Of a stretch of 64,000 nt of DNA, positions 1 to 15,000 are shown piece by piece; the first letter of the stretch is position 1; the number at the start of each line of letters is the position of its first letter. Below the pieces are notes generated by a model. The model was not told the DNA's origin and searched no databases. It saw only the letters and a program-made list of their open reading frames with translations. A program made the position numbers and the translations under genes. Source of the stretch: Mobula hypostoma (taxonomy: Eukaryota); assembly GCF_963921235.1 (NCBI RefSeq), contig NC_086097.1:139378001-139442000 (forward strand), given 5' to 3'.

Positions 1-3000
1 ATGGAGAGTACTCAGGGAGTGTCACACTGTGGGATGGACAGTACTGAGGGAGTGTCACACTGTGGGATGGACGGTACTGAGGGAGTGTCACACTGTGGGA
101 TGGACAGTACTGAGGGAGTGTCACACTGTGGGATGGACGGTACTGAGGGAGTGTCAGACTGTGGGATGGACAGTACTGAGGGAGTGCAACACTGTGGGAT
201 GGACGGTACTGAGAGAGTGTCACACTGTGGGATGGATGGTACGGAAGGAGTGTCACACTGTGGGATGGACGGTACTGAGGGAGTGTCACACTGTGGGATG
301 GACAGTACTGAGGGAGTGTCACACTGTGGGATGGACAGTACTGAGGGAGTGTCACACTGTGGGATGGACAGTACTGAGGGAGTGTCACACTGTGGGATGG
401 ACAGTACTGAGGGAGTGTCACACTGTGGGATGGACAGTACTGAGGGAGTGTCACACTGTGGGATGGACGGTACTGAGGGAGTGTCACACTGTGGGATGGA
501 CAGTACTGAGGGAGTGTCACACTGTGGGATGGACAGTACTGAGGGAGTGTCACACTGTGGGATGGACAGTACTGAGGGAGTGTCAGACTGTGGGATGGAC
601 GTTACTGAGGGAGTGTCACACTGTGGGATGGACGGTACTGAGGGGGTGTCACACTGTGGGATGGACGGTACTGAGGGAGTGTCACACTGTGGGATGGACG
701 GTACTGAGGGAGTGTCACACTGTGGGATGGACGGTACTGAGGGAGTGTCACACTGTGGGATGGACGGTACTGAGGGAGTGTCACACTGTGGGATGGACAG
801 TACTGAGGGAGTGTCACACTGTGGGATGGACAGTACTGAGGGAGTGTCACACTGTGGGATGGACAGTACTGAGGGAGTGTCACACTGTGGGATGGACAGT
901 ACTGAGGGAGTGTCACACTGTGGGATGGACAGTACTGAGGGAGTGTCACACTGTGGGATGGACAGTACTGAGGGAGTGTCACACTGTGGGATGGACAGTA
1001 CTGAGGGAGTGTCAGACTGTGGGATGGACAGTACTGAGGGAGTGTCACACTGTGGGATGGACAGTACTGAGGGAGTGTCACACTGTGGGATGGACAGTAC
1101 TGAGGGAGTGTCACACTGTGGGATGGACAGTACTGAGGGAGTGTCACACTGTGGGATGGACGGTACTGAGGGAGTGTCAGACTGTGGGATGGACAGTACT
1201 GAGGGAGTGTCACACTGTGGGATGGACAGTACTGAGGGAGTGTCACACTGTGGGATGGACGGTACTGAGGGAGTGTCACACTGTGGGATGGACGGTACTG
1301 AGGGAGTGTCACACTGTGGGATGGACAGTACTGAGGGAGTGTCACACTGTGGGATGGACAGTACTGAGGGAGTGTCACACTGTGGGATGGACAGTACTGA
1401 GGGAGTGTCACACTGTGGGATGGACGGTACTGAGGGAGTGTCACACTGTGGGATGGACAGTACTGAGGGAGTGTCACACTGTGGGATGGACAGTACTGAG
1501 GGAGTGTCACACTGTGGGATGGACAGTACTGAGGGAGTGTCACACTGTGGGATGGACAGTACTGAGGGAGTGTCACACTGTGGGATGGACAGTACTGAGG
1601 GAGTGTCACACTGTGGGATGGACAGTACTGAGGGAGTGTCACACTGTGGGATGGACAGTACTGAGGGAGTGTCACACTGTGGGATGGACAGTACTGAGGG
1701 AGTGTCACACTGTGGGATGGACAGTACTGAGGGAGTGTCACACTGTGGGATGGACAGTACTGAGGGAGTGTCACACTGTGGGATGGACAGTACTGAGGGA
1801 GTGTCACACTGTGGGATGGACAGTACTGAGGGAGTGTCACACTGTGGGATGGACAGTACTGAGGGAGTGTCACACTGTGGGATGGACGGTACTGAGGGAG
1901 TGTCACACTGTGGGATGGACAGTACTGAGGGAGTGTCACACTGTGGGATGGACAGTACTGATGGAGTGTCACACTGTGGGATGGACAGTACTGAGGGAGT
2001 GTCACACTGTGGGATGGACGGTACTGAGGGAGTGTCACACTGTGGGATGGACGGTACTGAGGGAGTGTCACACTGTGGGATGGACGGTACTGAAGGAGTG
2101 TCACACTGTGGGATGGACAGTACTGAGGGAGTGTCACACTGTGGGATGGACGGTACTGAGGGAGTGTCACACTGTGGGATGGACAGTACTGAGGGAGTGT
2201 CACACTGTGGGATGGACGGTACTGAGGGAGTGTCACACTGTGGGATGGACAGTACTGAGGGAGTGTCACACTGTGGGATGGACAGTACTGAGGGAGTGTC
2301 ACACTGTGGGATGGACAGTACTGAGGGAGTGTCATACTGTGGGATGGACGGTACTGAGGGAGTGTCACACTGTGGGATGGACAGTACTGAGGCAGTGTCA
2401 CACTGTGGGATGAACAGTACTGAGGGAGTGTCACACTGTGGGATGGACAGTACTGAGGGAGTGTCACACTGTGGGATGGACAGTACTGAGGGAGTGTCAC
2501 ACTGTGGGATGGACAGTACTGAGGGAGTGTCACACTGTGGGATGGACAGTACTGAGGGAGTGTCACACTGTGGGATGGACGGTACTGAGGGAGTGTCACA
2601 CTGTGGGATGGACAGTACTGAGGGAGTGTCACACTGTGGGATGGACGGTACTGAGGGAGTGTCACACTGTGGGATGGACGGTACTGAGGGAGTGTCACAC
2701 TGTGGGATGGACAGTACTGAGGGAGTGTCACACTGTAGGATGGACAGTACTGAGGGAGTGTCAGACTGTGGGATGGACGGTACTGAGGGAGTGTCACACT
2801 GTTGGATGGACAGTACTGAGGGAGTGTCAGACTGTGGGATGGTCGGTACTGAGAGATTGTCACACTATAGGATGGAGAGTACTGAGGGAGTGTCACACTG
2901 TGGGATGGACAGTACTAAGCGAGAGTCACACTGTGGGATGGACGGTACTGAGGGAGTGTCACACTGTGGGATGGACGGTACTGAGGGAGTGTCACACTGT

Positions 3001-6000
3001 GGGATGGACAGTACTGAGGGAGTGTCACACTGTGGGATGGACAGTACTGAGGGTGTGTCACACTGTGGGATGGACAGTACTGAGGGAGTGTCACACTGTG
3101 GGATGGACAGTACTGAGGGAGTGTCACACTGTGGGATGGACAGTACTGAGGGAGTGTCACACTGTGGGATGGACGGTACTGAGGGAGTGTCACACTGTGG
3201 GATGGACAGTACTGAGGGAGTGTCACACTGTGGGATGGAGGGTACTGAGGGAGTGTCACACTGTGGGATGGACGGTACTGAGTGAGTGTCACACTGTGGG
3301 ATGGACGGTACTGAGGGAGTGTCACACTGTGGGATGGACGGTACTGAGGGAGTGTCACACTGTGGGATGGACAGTACTGAGGGAGTGTCACACTGTGGGA
3401 TGGACGGTACTGAGGGAGTGTCACACTGTGGGATGGACAGTACTGATGGAGTGTCACACTGTGGGATGGACAGTACTGAGGGAGTGTCACACTGTGGGAT
3501 GGACAGTACTGAGGGAGTGTCACACTGTGGGATGGACAGTACTGAGGGAGTGTCACACTGTGGGATGGACAGTACTGAGGGAGTGTCACACTGTGGGATG
3601 GACAGTACTGAGGGAGTGTCAGACTGTGGGAGAGACAGTACTGAGGGAGTATCACACTGTGGGATGGACGGAACTGAGTGAGTGTCACACTGTGGGATGG
3701 ACACTACTGAGGGAGTGTCACACTGTGGGATGGACAGTACTGAGGGAGTGTCACACTGTGGGATGGACGGTACTGAGGGAGTGTCACACTGTGGGATGGA
3801 CAGTACTGAGGGAGTGTCACACTGTGGGATGGACGGTACTGAGGGAGTGTCACACTGTGGGATGGACAGTACTGAGGGAGTGTCACACTGTGGGATGGAC
3901 AGTACTGAGGGAGTGTCACACTGTGGGATGGACGGTACTGAGGGAGTGTCACACTGTGGGATGGACGTTACTGAGGGAGTGTCACACTGTGGGATGGAGA
4001 GTACTGACAGAGTGTCATACTGCGGGATGGACGGTACTGAGACTGTGTCACACTGTGGGATGGACAGTACTGAGGTAGTGTCACACTGTGGGATGGACAG
4101 TACTGAGGGAGTGTCACACTGTGGGATGGACAGTACTGAGGGAGTGTCACACTGTGGGATGGACAGTACTGAGGGAGTGTCACACTGTGGGATGGACAGT
4201 ACTGAGGGAGTGTCACACTGTGGGATGGACAGTACTGAGGGAGTGTCACACTGTGGGATGGACAGTACTGAGGGAGTGTCACACTGTGGGATGGACAGTA
4301 CTAAGCGAGTGTCACACTGTGGGATGTACGGTACTGAGGGAGTGTCACATTGTGGGATGGACATTACGGAGGGAGTGTCACACTGTGGGATGGACGGTAC
4401 TGAGGGAGTGTCACACTGTGGGATGGACGGTACTGAGGGAGTGTCACACTGTGGGATGGACGGTACTGAGGGAGTGTCACACTGTGGGATGGACAGTACT
4501 GAGGGAGTGTCACACTGTGGGATGGACAGTACTGAGAGAGTGTCACACTGTGGGATGGACGGTACTGAGGGAGTGTCACACTGTGGGATGGACAGTACTG
4601 AGGGAGTGTCACACTGTGGGATGGACAGTACTGAGGGGGTGTCACACTGTGGGATGGACAGTACTGAGCGAGTGTCACACTGTGGGATGGACAGTACTGA
4701 GGAAGTGTCACACTGTGGGATGGACAGTACTCAGTGAGTGTCAGACTGTGGGATGGACAGTACTAAGAGAATGTCACACAGTGGGATGGACAGTACTGAG
4801 GGAGTGTCACACTGTGGGATGGACAGTACTGAGGGAGTGTCACACTGTGGGATGGACAGTACTGAGGGAGTGTCAGACTGTGGGATGGACGGTACTGAGG
4901 GAGTGTCACACTGTGGGATGGACAGTACTGAGGGAGTGTCACACTGTGGGATGGACGGTACTGAGGGAGTGTCACACTGTGGGATGGACGGTACTGAGGG
5001 AGTGTCACACTGCGGGATGGACGGTACTGAGGGAGTGTCACACTGTGGGATGGACGGTACTGAGGGAGTGTCACACTGTGGGATGGACAGTACTGAGGGA
5101 GTGTCACACTGTGGGATGGACAGTACTGAGGGAGTGTCACACTGTGGGATGGACAGTACTGAGGGAGTGTCACACTGTGGGATGGACAGTACTGAGGGAG
5201 TGTCACACTGTGGGATGGACAGTACTGAGGGAGTGTCACACTGTGGGATGGACGGTACTGAGGGAGTGTCACACTGTGGGATGGAGAGTACTGAGGGAGT
5301 GTCACACTGTGGGATGGACAGTACTGAGGGAGTGTCACACTGTGGGATGGTTGGTACTGAGGGAGTGTCAGACTGTGGGATGGATGGTACTGAGGGAGTG
5401 TCACACTGTGGGATGGACAGTACTGAGGGAGTGTCACACTGTGGGATGGAGAGTACTGAGGGAGTGTCACACTGTGGGATGGACAGTACTGAGGGAGTGT
5501 CACACTGCGGGATGGACGGTACTGAGGGAGTGTCACACTGTGGGATGGACGGTACTGAGGGAGTGTCACACTGTGGGATGGACGGTACTGAGGGAGTGTC
5601 ACACTGTGGGATGGACGGTACTGAGGGAGTGTCACACTGTGGGATGGACGGTACTGAGGGAGTGTCACACTGTGGGATGGACAGTACTGAGGGAGTGTCA
5701 CACTGTGGGATGGACAGTACTGAGGGAGTGTCACACTGTGGGATGGAGAGTACTGAGGGAGTGTCACACTGCGGGATGGACGGTACTGAGGGAGTGTCAC
5801 ACTGCGGGATGGACGGTACTGAGGGAGTGTCACACTGTGGGATGGACGGTACTGAGGGAGTGTCACACTGTGGGATGGACAGTACTGAGGGAGTGTCACA
5901 CTGCGGGATGGACGAGTACTGAGGGAGTGTCACACTGCGGGATGGACGGTACTGAGGGAGTGTCACACTGCGGGATGGACGGTACTGAGGGAGTGTCACA

Positions 6001-9000
6001 CTGTGGGATGGACAGTACTGAGGGAGTGTCACACTGTGGGATGGACAGTACTGAGGGAGTGTCACACTGTGGGATGGACAGTACTGAGGGAGTGTCACAC
6101 TGTGGGATGGACAGTACTGAGGGAGTGTCACACTGTGGGATGGACAGTACTGAGGGAGTGTCACACTGCGGGATGGACAGTACTGAGGGAGTGTCACACT
6201 GCGGGATGGACAGTACTGAGGGAGTGTCACACTGTGGGATGGACGGTACTGAGGGAGTGTCACACTGTGGGATGGACGGTACTGAGGGAGTGTCACACTG
6301 TGGGATGGACAGTACTGAGGGAGTGTCACACTGTGGGATGGACAGTACTGAGGGAGTGTCACACTGTGGGATGGACAGTACTGAGGGAGTGTCACACTGT
6401 GGGATGGACAGTACTGAGGGAGTGTCACACTGTGGGATGGACAGTACTGAGGGAGTGTCACACTGTGGGATGGACAGTACTGAGGGAGTGTCACACTGTG
6501 GGATGGACAGTACTGAGGGAGTGTCACACTGTGGGATGGACAGTACTGAGGGAGTGTCACACTGTGGGATGGACAGTACTGAGGGAGTGTCACACTGTGG
6601 GATGGACAGTACTGAGGGAGTGTCAGACTGTGGGATGGACGGTACTGAGGGAGTGTCACACTGTGGGATGGACAGTACTGAGGGAGTGTCACACTGTGGG
6701 ATGGACAGTACTGAGGGAGTATCACACTGTGGGATGGACAGTACTGAGGGAGTGTCACACTGTGGGATGGACAGTACTGAGGGAGTGTCACACTGTGGGA
6801 TGGACAGTACTGAGGATGTGTCACACTGTGGGATGGAGAGTACTGAGGGAGTGTCACACTGTGGGATGGAGAGTACTGAGGGAGTGTCACACTGTGGGAT
6901 GGACAGTACTGAGGGAGTGTCACACTGTGGGATGGACAGTACTGAGGGAGTGTCACACTGTGGGATGGACAGTACTGAGGGAGTGTCACACTGTGGGATG
7001 GACAGTACTGAGGGAGTGTCACACTGTGGGATGGACGGTACTGAGGGAGTGTCACACTGTGGGATGGACAGTACTGAGGGAGTGTCACACTGTGGGATGG
7101 ACAGTACTGAGGGAGTGTCACACTGTGGGATGGACAGTACTGAGGGAGTGTCACACTGTGGGATGGACAGTACTGAGGGAGTGTCACACTGTGGGATGGA
7201 CGGTACTGAGGGAGTGTCACACTGTGGGATGGACAGTACTGAGGGAGTGTCACACTGTGGGATGGACGGTACTGAGGGAGTGTCACACTGTGGGATGGAC
7301 AGTACTGAGGGAGTGTCACACTGTGGGATGGACAGTACTGAGGGAGTGTCACACTGTGGGATGGACAGTACTGAGGGATGTCACACTGTGGGATGGACAG
7401 TACTGAGGGAGTGTCACACTGTGGGATGGACAGTACTGAGGGAGTGTCACACTGTGGGATGGACAGTACTGAGGGAGTGTCACACTGTGGGATGGACAGT
7501 ACTGAGGGAGTGTCACACTGTGGGATGGACAGTACTGAGGGAGTGTCACACTGTGGGATGGACAGTACTGAGGGAGTGTCACACTGTGGGATGGACAGTA
7601 CTGAGGGAGTGTCACACTGCGGGATGGACGGTACTGAGGGAGTGTCACACTGCGGGATGGACAGTACTGAGGGAGTGTCACACTGTGGGATGGACAGTAC
7701 TGAGGGAGTGTCACACTGCGGGATGGACAGTACTGAGGGAGTGTCACACTGTGGGATGGACAATACTGAGGGAGTGTCACATTGTGGGATGGACGGTACT
7801 GAGGGAGTGTCACACTGCGGGATGGACAGTACTGAGGGAGTGTCACACTGTGGGATGGACGGTACTGAGGGAGTGTCACACTGCGGGATGGACAGTACTG
7901 AGGGAGTGTCACACTGTGGGATGGACAGTACTGAGGGAGTGTCACACTGCGGGATGGACGGTACTGAGGGAGTGTCACACTGTGGGATGGACGGTACTGA
8001 GGGAGTGTCACACTGTGGGATGGACAGTACTGAGGGAGTGTCACACTGTGGGATGGACAGTACTGAGGGAGTGTCACACTGTGGGATGGACGGTACTGAG
8101 GGAGTGTCACACTGCGGGATGGTCGGTACTGAGGGAGTGTCACACTGTGGGATGGACGGTACTGAGGGAGTGTCACACTGCGGGATGGACAGTACTGAGG
8201 GAGTGTCACACTGTGGGATGGACAGTACTGAGGGAGTCTCACACTGTGGGATGGACAGTACTGAGGGAGTGTCAGACTGTGGGATGGTCGGTACTGAGGG
8301 AGTGTCACACTGTGGGATGGACAGTACTGAGGGAGTGTCACACTGCGGGATGGACAGTACTGAGGGAGTGTCACACTGCGGGATGGACGGTACTGAGGGA
8401 GTGTCACACTGTGGGATGGACAGTACTGAGGGAGTGTCACACTGTGGGATGGACGGTACTGAGGGAGTGTCACACTGCGGGATGGACGGTACTGAGTGAG
8501 TGTCACACTGCGGGATGGACAGTACTGAGGGAGTGTCACACTGCGGGATGGACAGTACTGAGGGAGTGTCACACTGCGGGATGGACAGTACTGAGGGAGT
8601 GTCACACTGCGGGATGGACAGTACTGAGGGAGTGTCACACTGCGGGATGGACGGTACTGAGGGAGTGTCACACTGCGGGATGGACGGTACTGAGGGAGTG
8701 TCACACTGCGGGATGGACGGTACTGAGGGAGTGTCACACTGTGGGATGGAGAGTACTGAGGGAGTGTCACACTGTGGGATGGACAGTACTGAGGGAGTGT
8801 CACACTGTGGGATGGACGGTACTGAGGGAGTGTCACACTGCGGGATGGACGGTACTGAGGGAGTGTCACACTGTGGGATGGAGAGTACTGAGGGAGTGTC
8901 ACACTGTGGGATGGACAGTACTGAGGGAGTGTCACACTGTGGGATGGACAGTACTGAGGGAGTGTCACACTGTGGGATGGACAGTACTGAGGGAGTGTCA

Positions 9001-12000
9001 CACTGTGGGATGGACAGTACTGAGGGAGTGTCACACTGTGGGATGGACAGTACTGAGGGAGTGTCACACTGCGGGATGGACAGTACTGAGGGAGTGTCAC
9101 ACTGTGGGATGGACGGTACTGAGGGAGTGTCACACTGTGGGATGGACGGTACTGAGGGAGTGTCACACTGTGGGATGGACGGTACTGAGGGAGTGTCACA
9201 CTGTGGGATGGACAGTACTGAGGGAGTGTCACACTGTGGGATGGACAGTACTGAGGGAGTGTCACACTGTGGGATGGACAGTACTGAGGGAGTGTCACAC
9301 TGTGGGATGGAGAGTACTGAGGGAGTGTCACACTGCGGGATGGACAGTACTGAGGGAGTGTCACACTGCGGGATGGACGGTACTGAGGGAGTGTCACACT
9401 GTGGGATGGACGGTACTGAGGGAGTGTCACACTGTGGGATGGACGGTACTGAGGGAGTGTCACACTGTGGGATGGACGGTACTGAGGGAGTGTCACACTG
9501 CAGGGATGGACAGTACTGAGGGAGTGTCACACTGCGGGATGGACAGTACTGAGTGAGTGTCACACTGCGGGATGGACGGTACTGAGGGAGTGTCACACTG
9601 TGGGATGGAGAGTACTGAGGGAGTGTCACACTGTGGGATGGACAGTACTGAGGGAGTGTCACACTGTGGGATGGACAGTACTGAGGGAGTGTCACACTGT
9701 GGGACGGAGAGTACTGAGGGAGTGTCACACTGCGGGATGGACAGTACTGAGGGAGTGTCACACTGCGGGATGGACAGTACTGAGGGAGTGTCACACTGCG
9801 GGATGGACAGTACTGAGGGAGTGTCACACTGTGGGATGGACGGTACTGAGGGAGTGTCACACTGTGGGATGGACAGTACTGAGGGAGTGTCACACTGTGG
9901 GATGGACGGTACTGAGGGAGTGTCACACTGTGGGATGGACAGTACTGAGGGAGTGTCACACTGTGGGATGGACGAGTACTGAGGGAGTGTCACACTGTGG
10001 GATGGACAGTACTGAGGGAGTGTCACACTGCGGGATGGACAGTACTGAGGGAGTGTCACACTGCGGGATGGACAGTACTGAGGGAGTGTCACACTGCGGG
10101 ATGGACGGTACTGAGGGAGTGTCACACTGTGGGATGGTCGGTACTGAGGGAGTGTCACACTGTGGGATGGACAGTACTGAGGGAGTGTCACACTGCGGGA
10201 TGGACGGTACTGAGGGAGTGTCACACTGCGGGATGGACAGAGTACTGAGGGAGTGTCACACTGCGGGATGGACAGTACTGAGGGAGTGTCACACTGCGGG
10301 ATGGACGGTACTGAGGGAGTGTCACACTGCGGGATGGACGGTACTGAGGGAGTGTCACACTGCGGGATGGACAGTACTGAGGGAGTGTCACACTGTGGGA
10401 TGGAGGGTACTGAGGGAGTGTCACACTGCGGGATGGACAGTACTGAGGGAGTGTCACACTGCGGGATGGACGGTACTGAGGGAGTGTCACACTGCGGGAT
10501 GGACAGTACTGAGGGAGTGTCACACTGCGGGATGGACGGTACTGAGGGAGTGTCACACTGCGGGATGGACGGGTACTGAGGGAGTGTCACACTGTGGGAT
10601 GGACAGTACTGAGGGAGTGTCACACTGTGGGATGGACGGTACTGAGGGAGTGTCACACTGCGGGATGGACAGTACTGAGGGAGTGTCACACTGTGGGATG
10701 GACGAGTACTGAGGGAGTGTCACACTGCGGGATGGACAGTACTGAGGGAGTGTCACACTGTGGGATGGACGGTACTGAGGGAGTGTCACACTGTGGGATG
10801 GACGGTACTGAGGGAGTGTCACACTGTGGGATGGACGGTACTGAGGGAGTGTCACACTGCGGGATGGAGAGTACTGAGGGAGTGTCACACTGCGGGATGG
10901 ACAGTACTGAGGGAGTGTCACACTGCGGGATGGACGGTACTGAGGGAGTGTCACACTGTGGGATGGACAGTACTGAGGGAGTGTCAAACTGCGGGATGGA
11001 CAGTACTGAGGGAGTGTCACACTGCGGGATGGACGGTACTGAGGGAGTGTCACACTGCGGGATGGACGGTACTGAGGGAGTGTCACACTGCGGGATGGAC
11101 AGTACTGAGGGAGTGTCACACTGTGGGATGGACGGTACTGAGGGAGTGTCACACTGCGGGATGGACGGTACTGAGGGAGTGTCACACTGCGGGATGGACG
11201 GTACTGAGGGAGTGTCACACTGCGGGATGGACGGTACTGAGGGAGTGTCACACTGATGGGATGGACAGTACTGAGGGAGTGTCACACTGCGGGATGGACA
11301 GTACTGAGGGAGTGTCACACTGTGGGATGGACAGTACTGAGGGAGTGTCACACTGTGGGATAGACGGTACTGAGGGAGTGTCACACTGTGGGATGGACGG
11401 TACTGAGGGAGTGTCACACTGTGGGATGGAGAGTACTGAGGGAGTGTCACACTGCGGGATGGACAGTACTGAGGGAGTGTCACACTGTGGGATGGACGGT
11501 ACTGAGGGAGTGTCACACTGTGGGATGGAGAGTACTGAGGGAGTGTCACACTGTGGGATGGACGGTACTGAGGGAGTGTCACACTGCGGGATGGACAGTA
11601 CTGAGGGAGTGTCACACTGCGGGATGGACAGTACTGAAGGGGAGTGTCACACTGCGGGATGGACGGTACTGAGGGAGTGTCACACTGTGGGATGGACAGT
11701 ACTGAGGGAGTGTCACACTGCGGGATGGAGCAGTACTGAGGGAGTGTCACACTGCGGGATGGACGGTACTGAGGGAGTGTCACACTGCGGGATGGACGGT
11801 ACTGAGGGAGTGTCACACTGCGGGATGGACGGTACTGAGGGAGTGTCACACTGCGGGATGGACGGTACTGAGGGAGTGTCACACTGCGGGATGGACGGTA
11901 CTGAGGGAGTGTCACACTGCGGGATGGACGGTACTGAGGGAGTGTCACACTGCGGGATGGACGGTACTGAGGGAGTGTCACACTGTGGGATGGAGAGTAC

Positions 12001-15000
12001 TGAGGGAGTGTCACACTGCGGGATGGACAGTACTGAGGGAGTGTCACACTGTGGGATGGACAGTACTGAGGGAGTGTCACACTGTGGGATGGACGGTACT
12101 GAGGGAGTGTCAGACTGTGGGATGGATCTGTACTGAGGGAGTGTCACACTGTGGGATGGACAGTACTGAGGGAGTGTCACACTGCGGGATGGACAGTACT
12201 GAGGGAGTGTCACACTGCGGGATGGACGGTACTGAGGGAGTGTCACACTGTGGGATGGACGGTACTGAGGGAGTGTCACACTGCGGTATGGAGAGTACTG
12301 AGGGAGTGTCACACTGCGGGATGGACGGTACTGAGGGAGAGTCACACTGCGGGATGGACAGTACTGAGGGAGTGTCACACTGCGGGATGGACAGTACTGA
12401 GGGAGTGTCACACTGCGGGATGGACGGTACTGAGGGAGTGTCACACTGCGGGATGGACAGTACTGAGGGAGTGTCACACTGCGGGATGGACAGTACTGAG
12501 GGAGTGTCACACTGTGGGATGGACGGTACTGAGGGAGTGTCACACTGCGGGATGGACGGTACTGAGGGAGTGTCACACTGCGGGATGGACGGTACTGAGG
12601 GAGTGTCACACTGCGGGATGGACGGTACTGAGGGAGTGTCACACTGCGGGATGGACGGTACTGAGGGAGTGTCACACTGCGGGATGGACGGTACTGAGGG
12701 AGTGTCACACTGCGGGATGGTCGGTACTGAGGGAGTGTCACACTGTGGGATGGACAGTACTGAGGGAGTGTCACACTGTGGGATGGACAGGTGTACCTGA
12801 GGGAGTGTCACACTGTGGGATGGATGGTACTGAGGGAGTGTCAGACTGTGGGATGGATCGGTACTGAGGGAGTGTCACACTGTGGGATGGAGAGTACTGA
12901 GGGAGTGTCACACTGCGGGATGGACAGTACTGAGGGAGTGTCACACTGCGGGATGGACAGTACTGAGGGAGTGTCACACTGTGGGATGGACGGTACTGAG
13001 GGAGTGTCACACTGTGGGATGGACGGTACTGAGGGAGTGTCACACTGCGGGATGGAGAGTACTGAGGGAGTGTCACACTGCGGGATGGACGGTACTGAGG
13101 GAGTGTCACACTGCGGGATGGACAGTACTGAGGGAGTGTCACACTGCGGGATGGACAGTACTGAGGGAGTGTCACACTGCGGGATGGACAGTACTGAGGG
13201 AGTGTCACACTGCGGGATGGACGGTACTGAGGGAGAGTCACACTGCGGGATGGACAGTACTGAGGGAGTGTCACACTGTGGGATGGACAGTACTGAGGGA
13301 GTGTCACACTGCGGGATGGACGGTACTGAGGGAGTGTCACACTGCGGGATGGACGGTACTGAGGGAGTGTCACACTGCGGGATGGACAGTACTGAGGGAG
13401 TGTCACACTGCAATGGGATGGAGAGTACTGGAGGGAGTGTCACACTGCGGGATGGACGGTACTGAGGGAGTGTCACACTGCGGGATGGACGGTACTGAGG
13501 GAGTGTCACACTGTGGGATGGACAGTACTGAGGGAGTGTCACACTGTGGGATGGACGGTACTGAGGGAGTGTCACACTGCAGGGATGGACGGTACTGAGG
13601 GAGTGTCACACTGTGGGATGGACGGTACTGAGGGAGTGTCACACTGCGGGATGGACAGTACTGGAGGGAGTGTCACACTGCGGGATGGACAGTACTGAGG
13701 GAGTGTCACACTGTGGGATGGACAGTACTGAGGGAGTGTCACACTGTGGGATGGACGGTACTGAGGGAGTGTCACACTGCGGGATGGACGGTACTGAGGG
13801 AGTGTCACACTGTGGGATGGAGAGTACTGAGGGAGTGTCACACTGCGGGATGGACAGTACTGAGGGAGTGTCACACTGTGGGATGGACGGTGTACTGAGG
13901 GAGTGTCACACTGTGGGATGGACGGTACTGAGGGAGTGTCACACTGTGGGATGGAGAGTACTGAGGGAGTGTCACACTGCGGGATGGACAGTACTGAGGG
14001 AGTGTCACACTGCGGGATGGACAGTACTGAGGGAGTGTCACACTGCGGGATGGACAGTACTGAGGGAGTGTCACACTGTGGGATGGACGGTACTGAGGGA
14101 GTGTCACACTGCGGGATGGACAGTACTGAGGGAGTGTCACACTGCGGGATGGACAGTACTGAGGGAGTGTCACACTGCGGGATGGACAGTACTGAGGGAG
14201 TGTCACACTGCGGGATGGACGGTACTGAGGGAGTGTCACACTGTGGGATGGACGGTACTGAGGGAGTGTCACACTGTGGGATGGACAGTACTGAGGGAGT
14301 GTCACACTGCGGGATGGACAGTACTGAGGGAGTGTCACACTGTGGGATGGAGAGGTACTGAGGGAGTGTCACACTGCGGGATGGACGGTACTGAGGGAGT
14401 GTCACACTGCGGGATGGACGGTACTGATGGAGTGTCACACTGCGGGATGGACGGTACTGAGGGAGTGTCACACTGTGGGATGGACAGTACTGAGGGAGTG
14501 TCACACTGTGGGATGGACGGTACTGAGGGAGTGTCACACTGCGGGATGGTCGGTACTGAGGGAGTGTCACACTGTGGGATGGACAGTACTGAGGGAGTGT
14601 CACACTGTGGGATGGACAGTACTGAGGGAGTGTCACACTGTGGGATGGTCGGTACTGAGGGAGTGTCACACTGTGGGATGGAGAGTACTGAGGGAGTGTC
14701 ACACTGTGGGATGGACAGTACTGAGGGAGTGTCACACTGTGGGATGGTTGAGTACTGAGGGAGTGTCACACTGTGGGATGGACAGTACTGAGGGAGTGTC
14801 ACACTGTGGGATGGACGGTACTGAGGGAGTGTCACACTGTGGGATGGAGAGTACTGAGGGAGTGTCACACTGCGGGATGGACAGTACTGAGGGAGTGTCA
14901 CACTGCGGGATGGACGGTACTGAGGGAGTGTCACACTGTGGGATGGACAGTACTGAGGGAGTGTCACACTGTGGGATGGACAGTACTGAGGGAGTGTCAC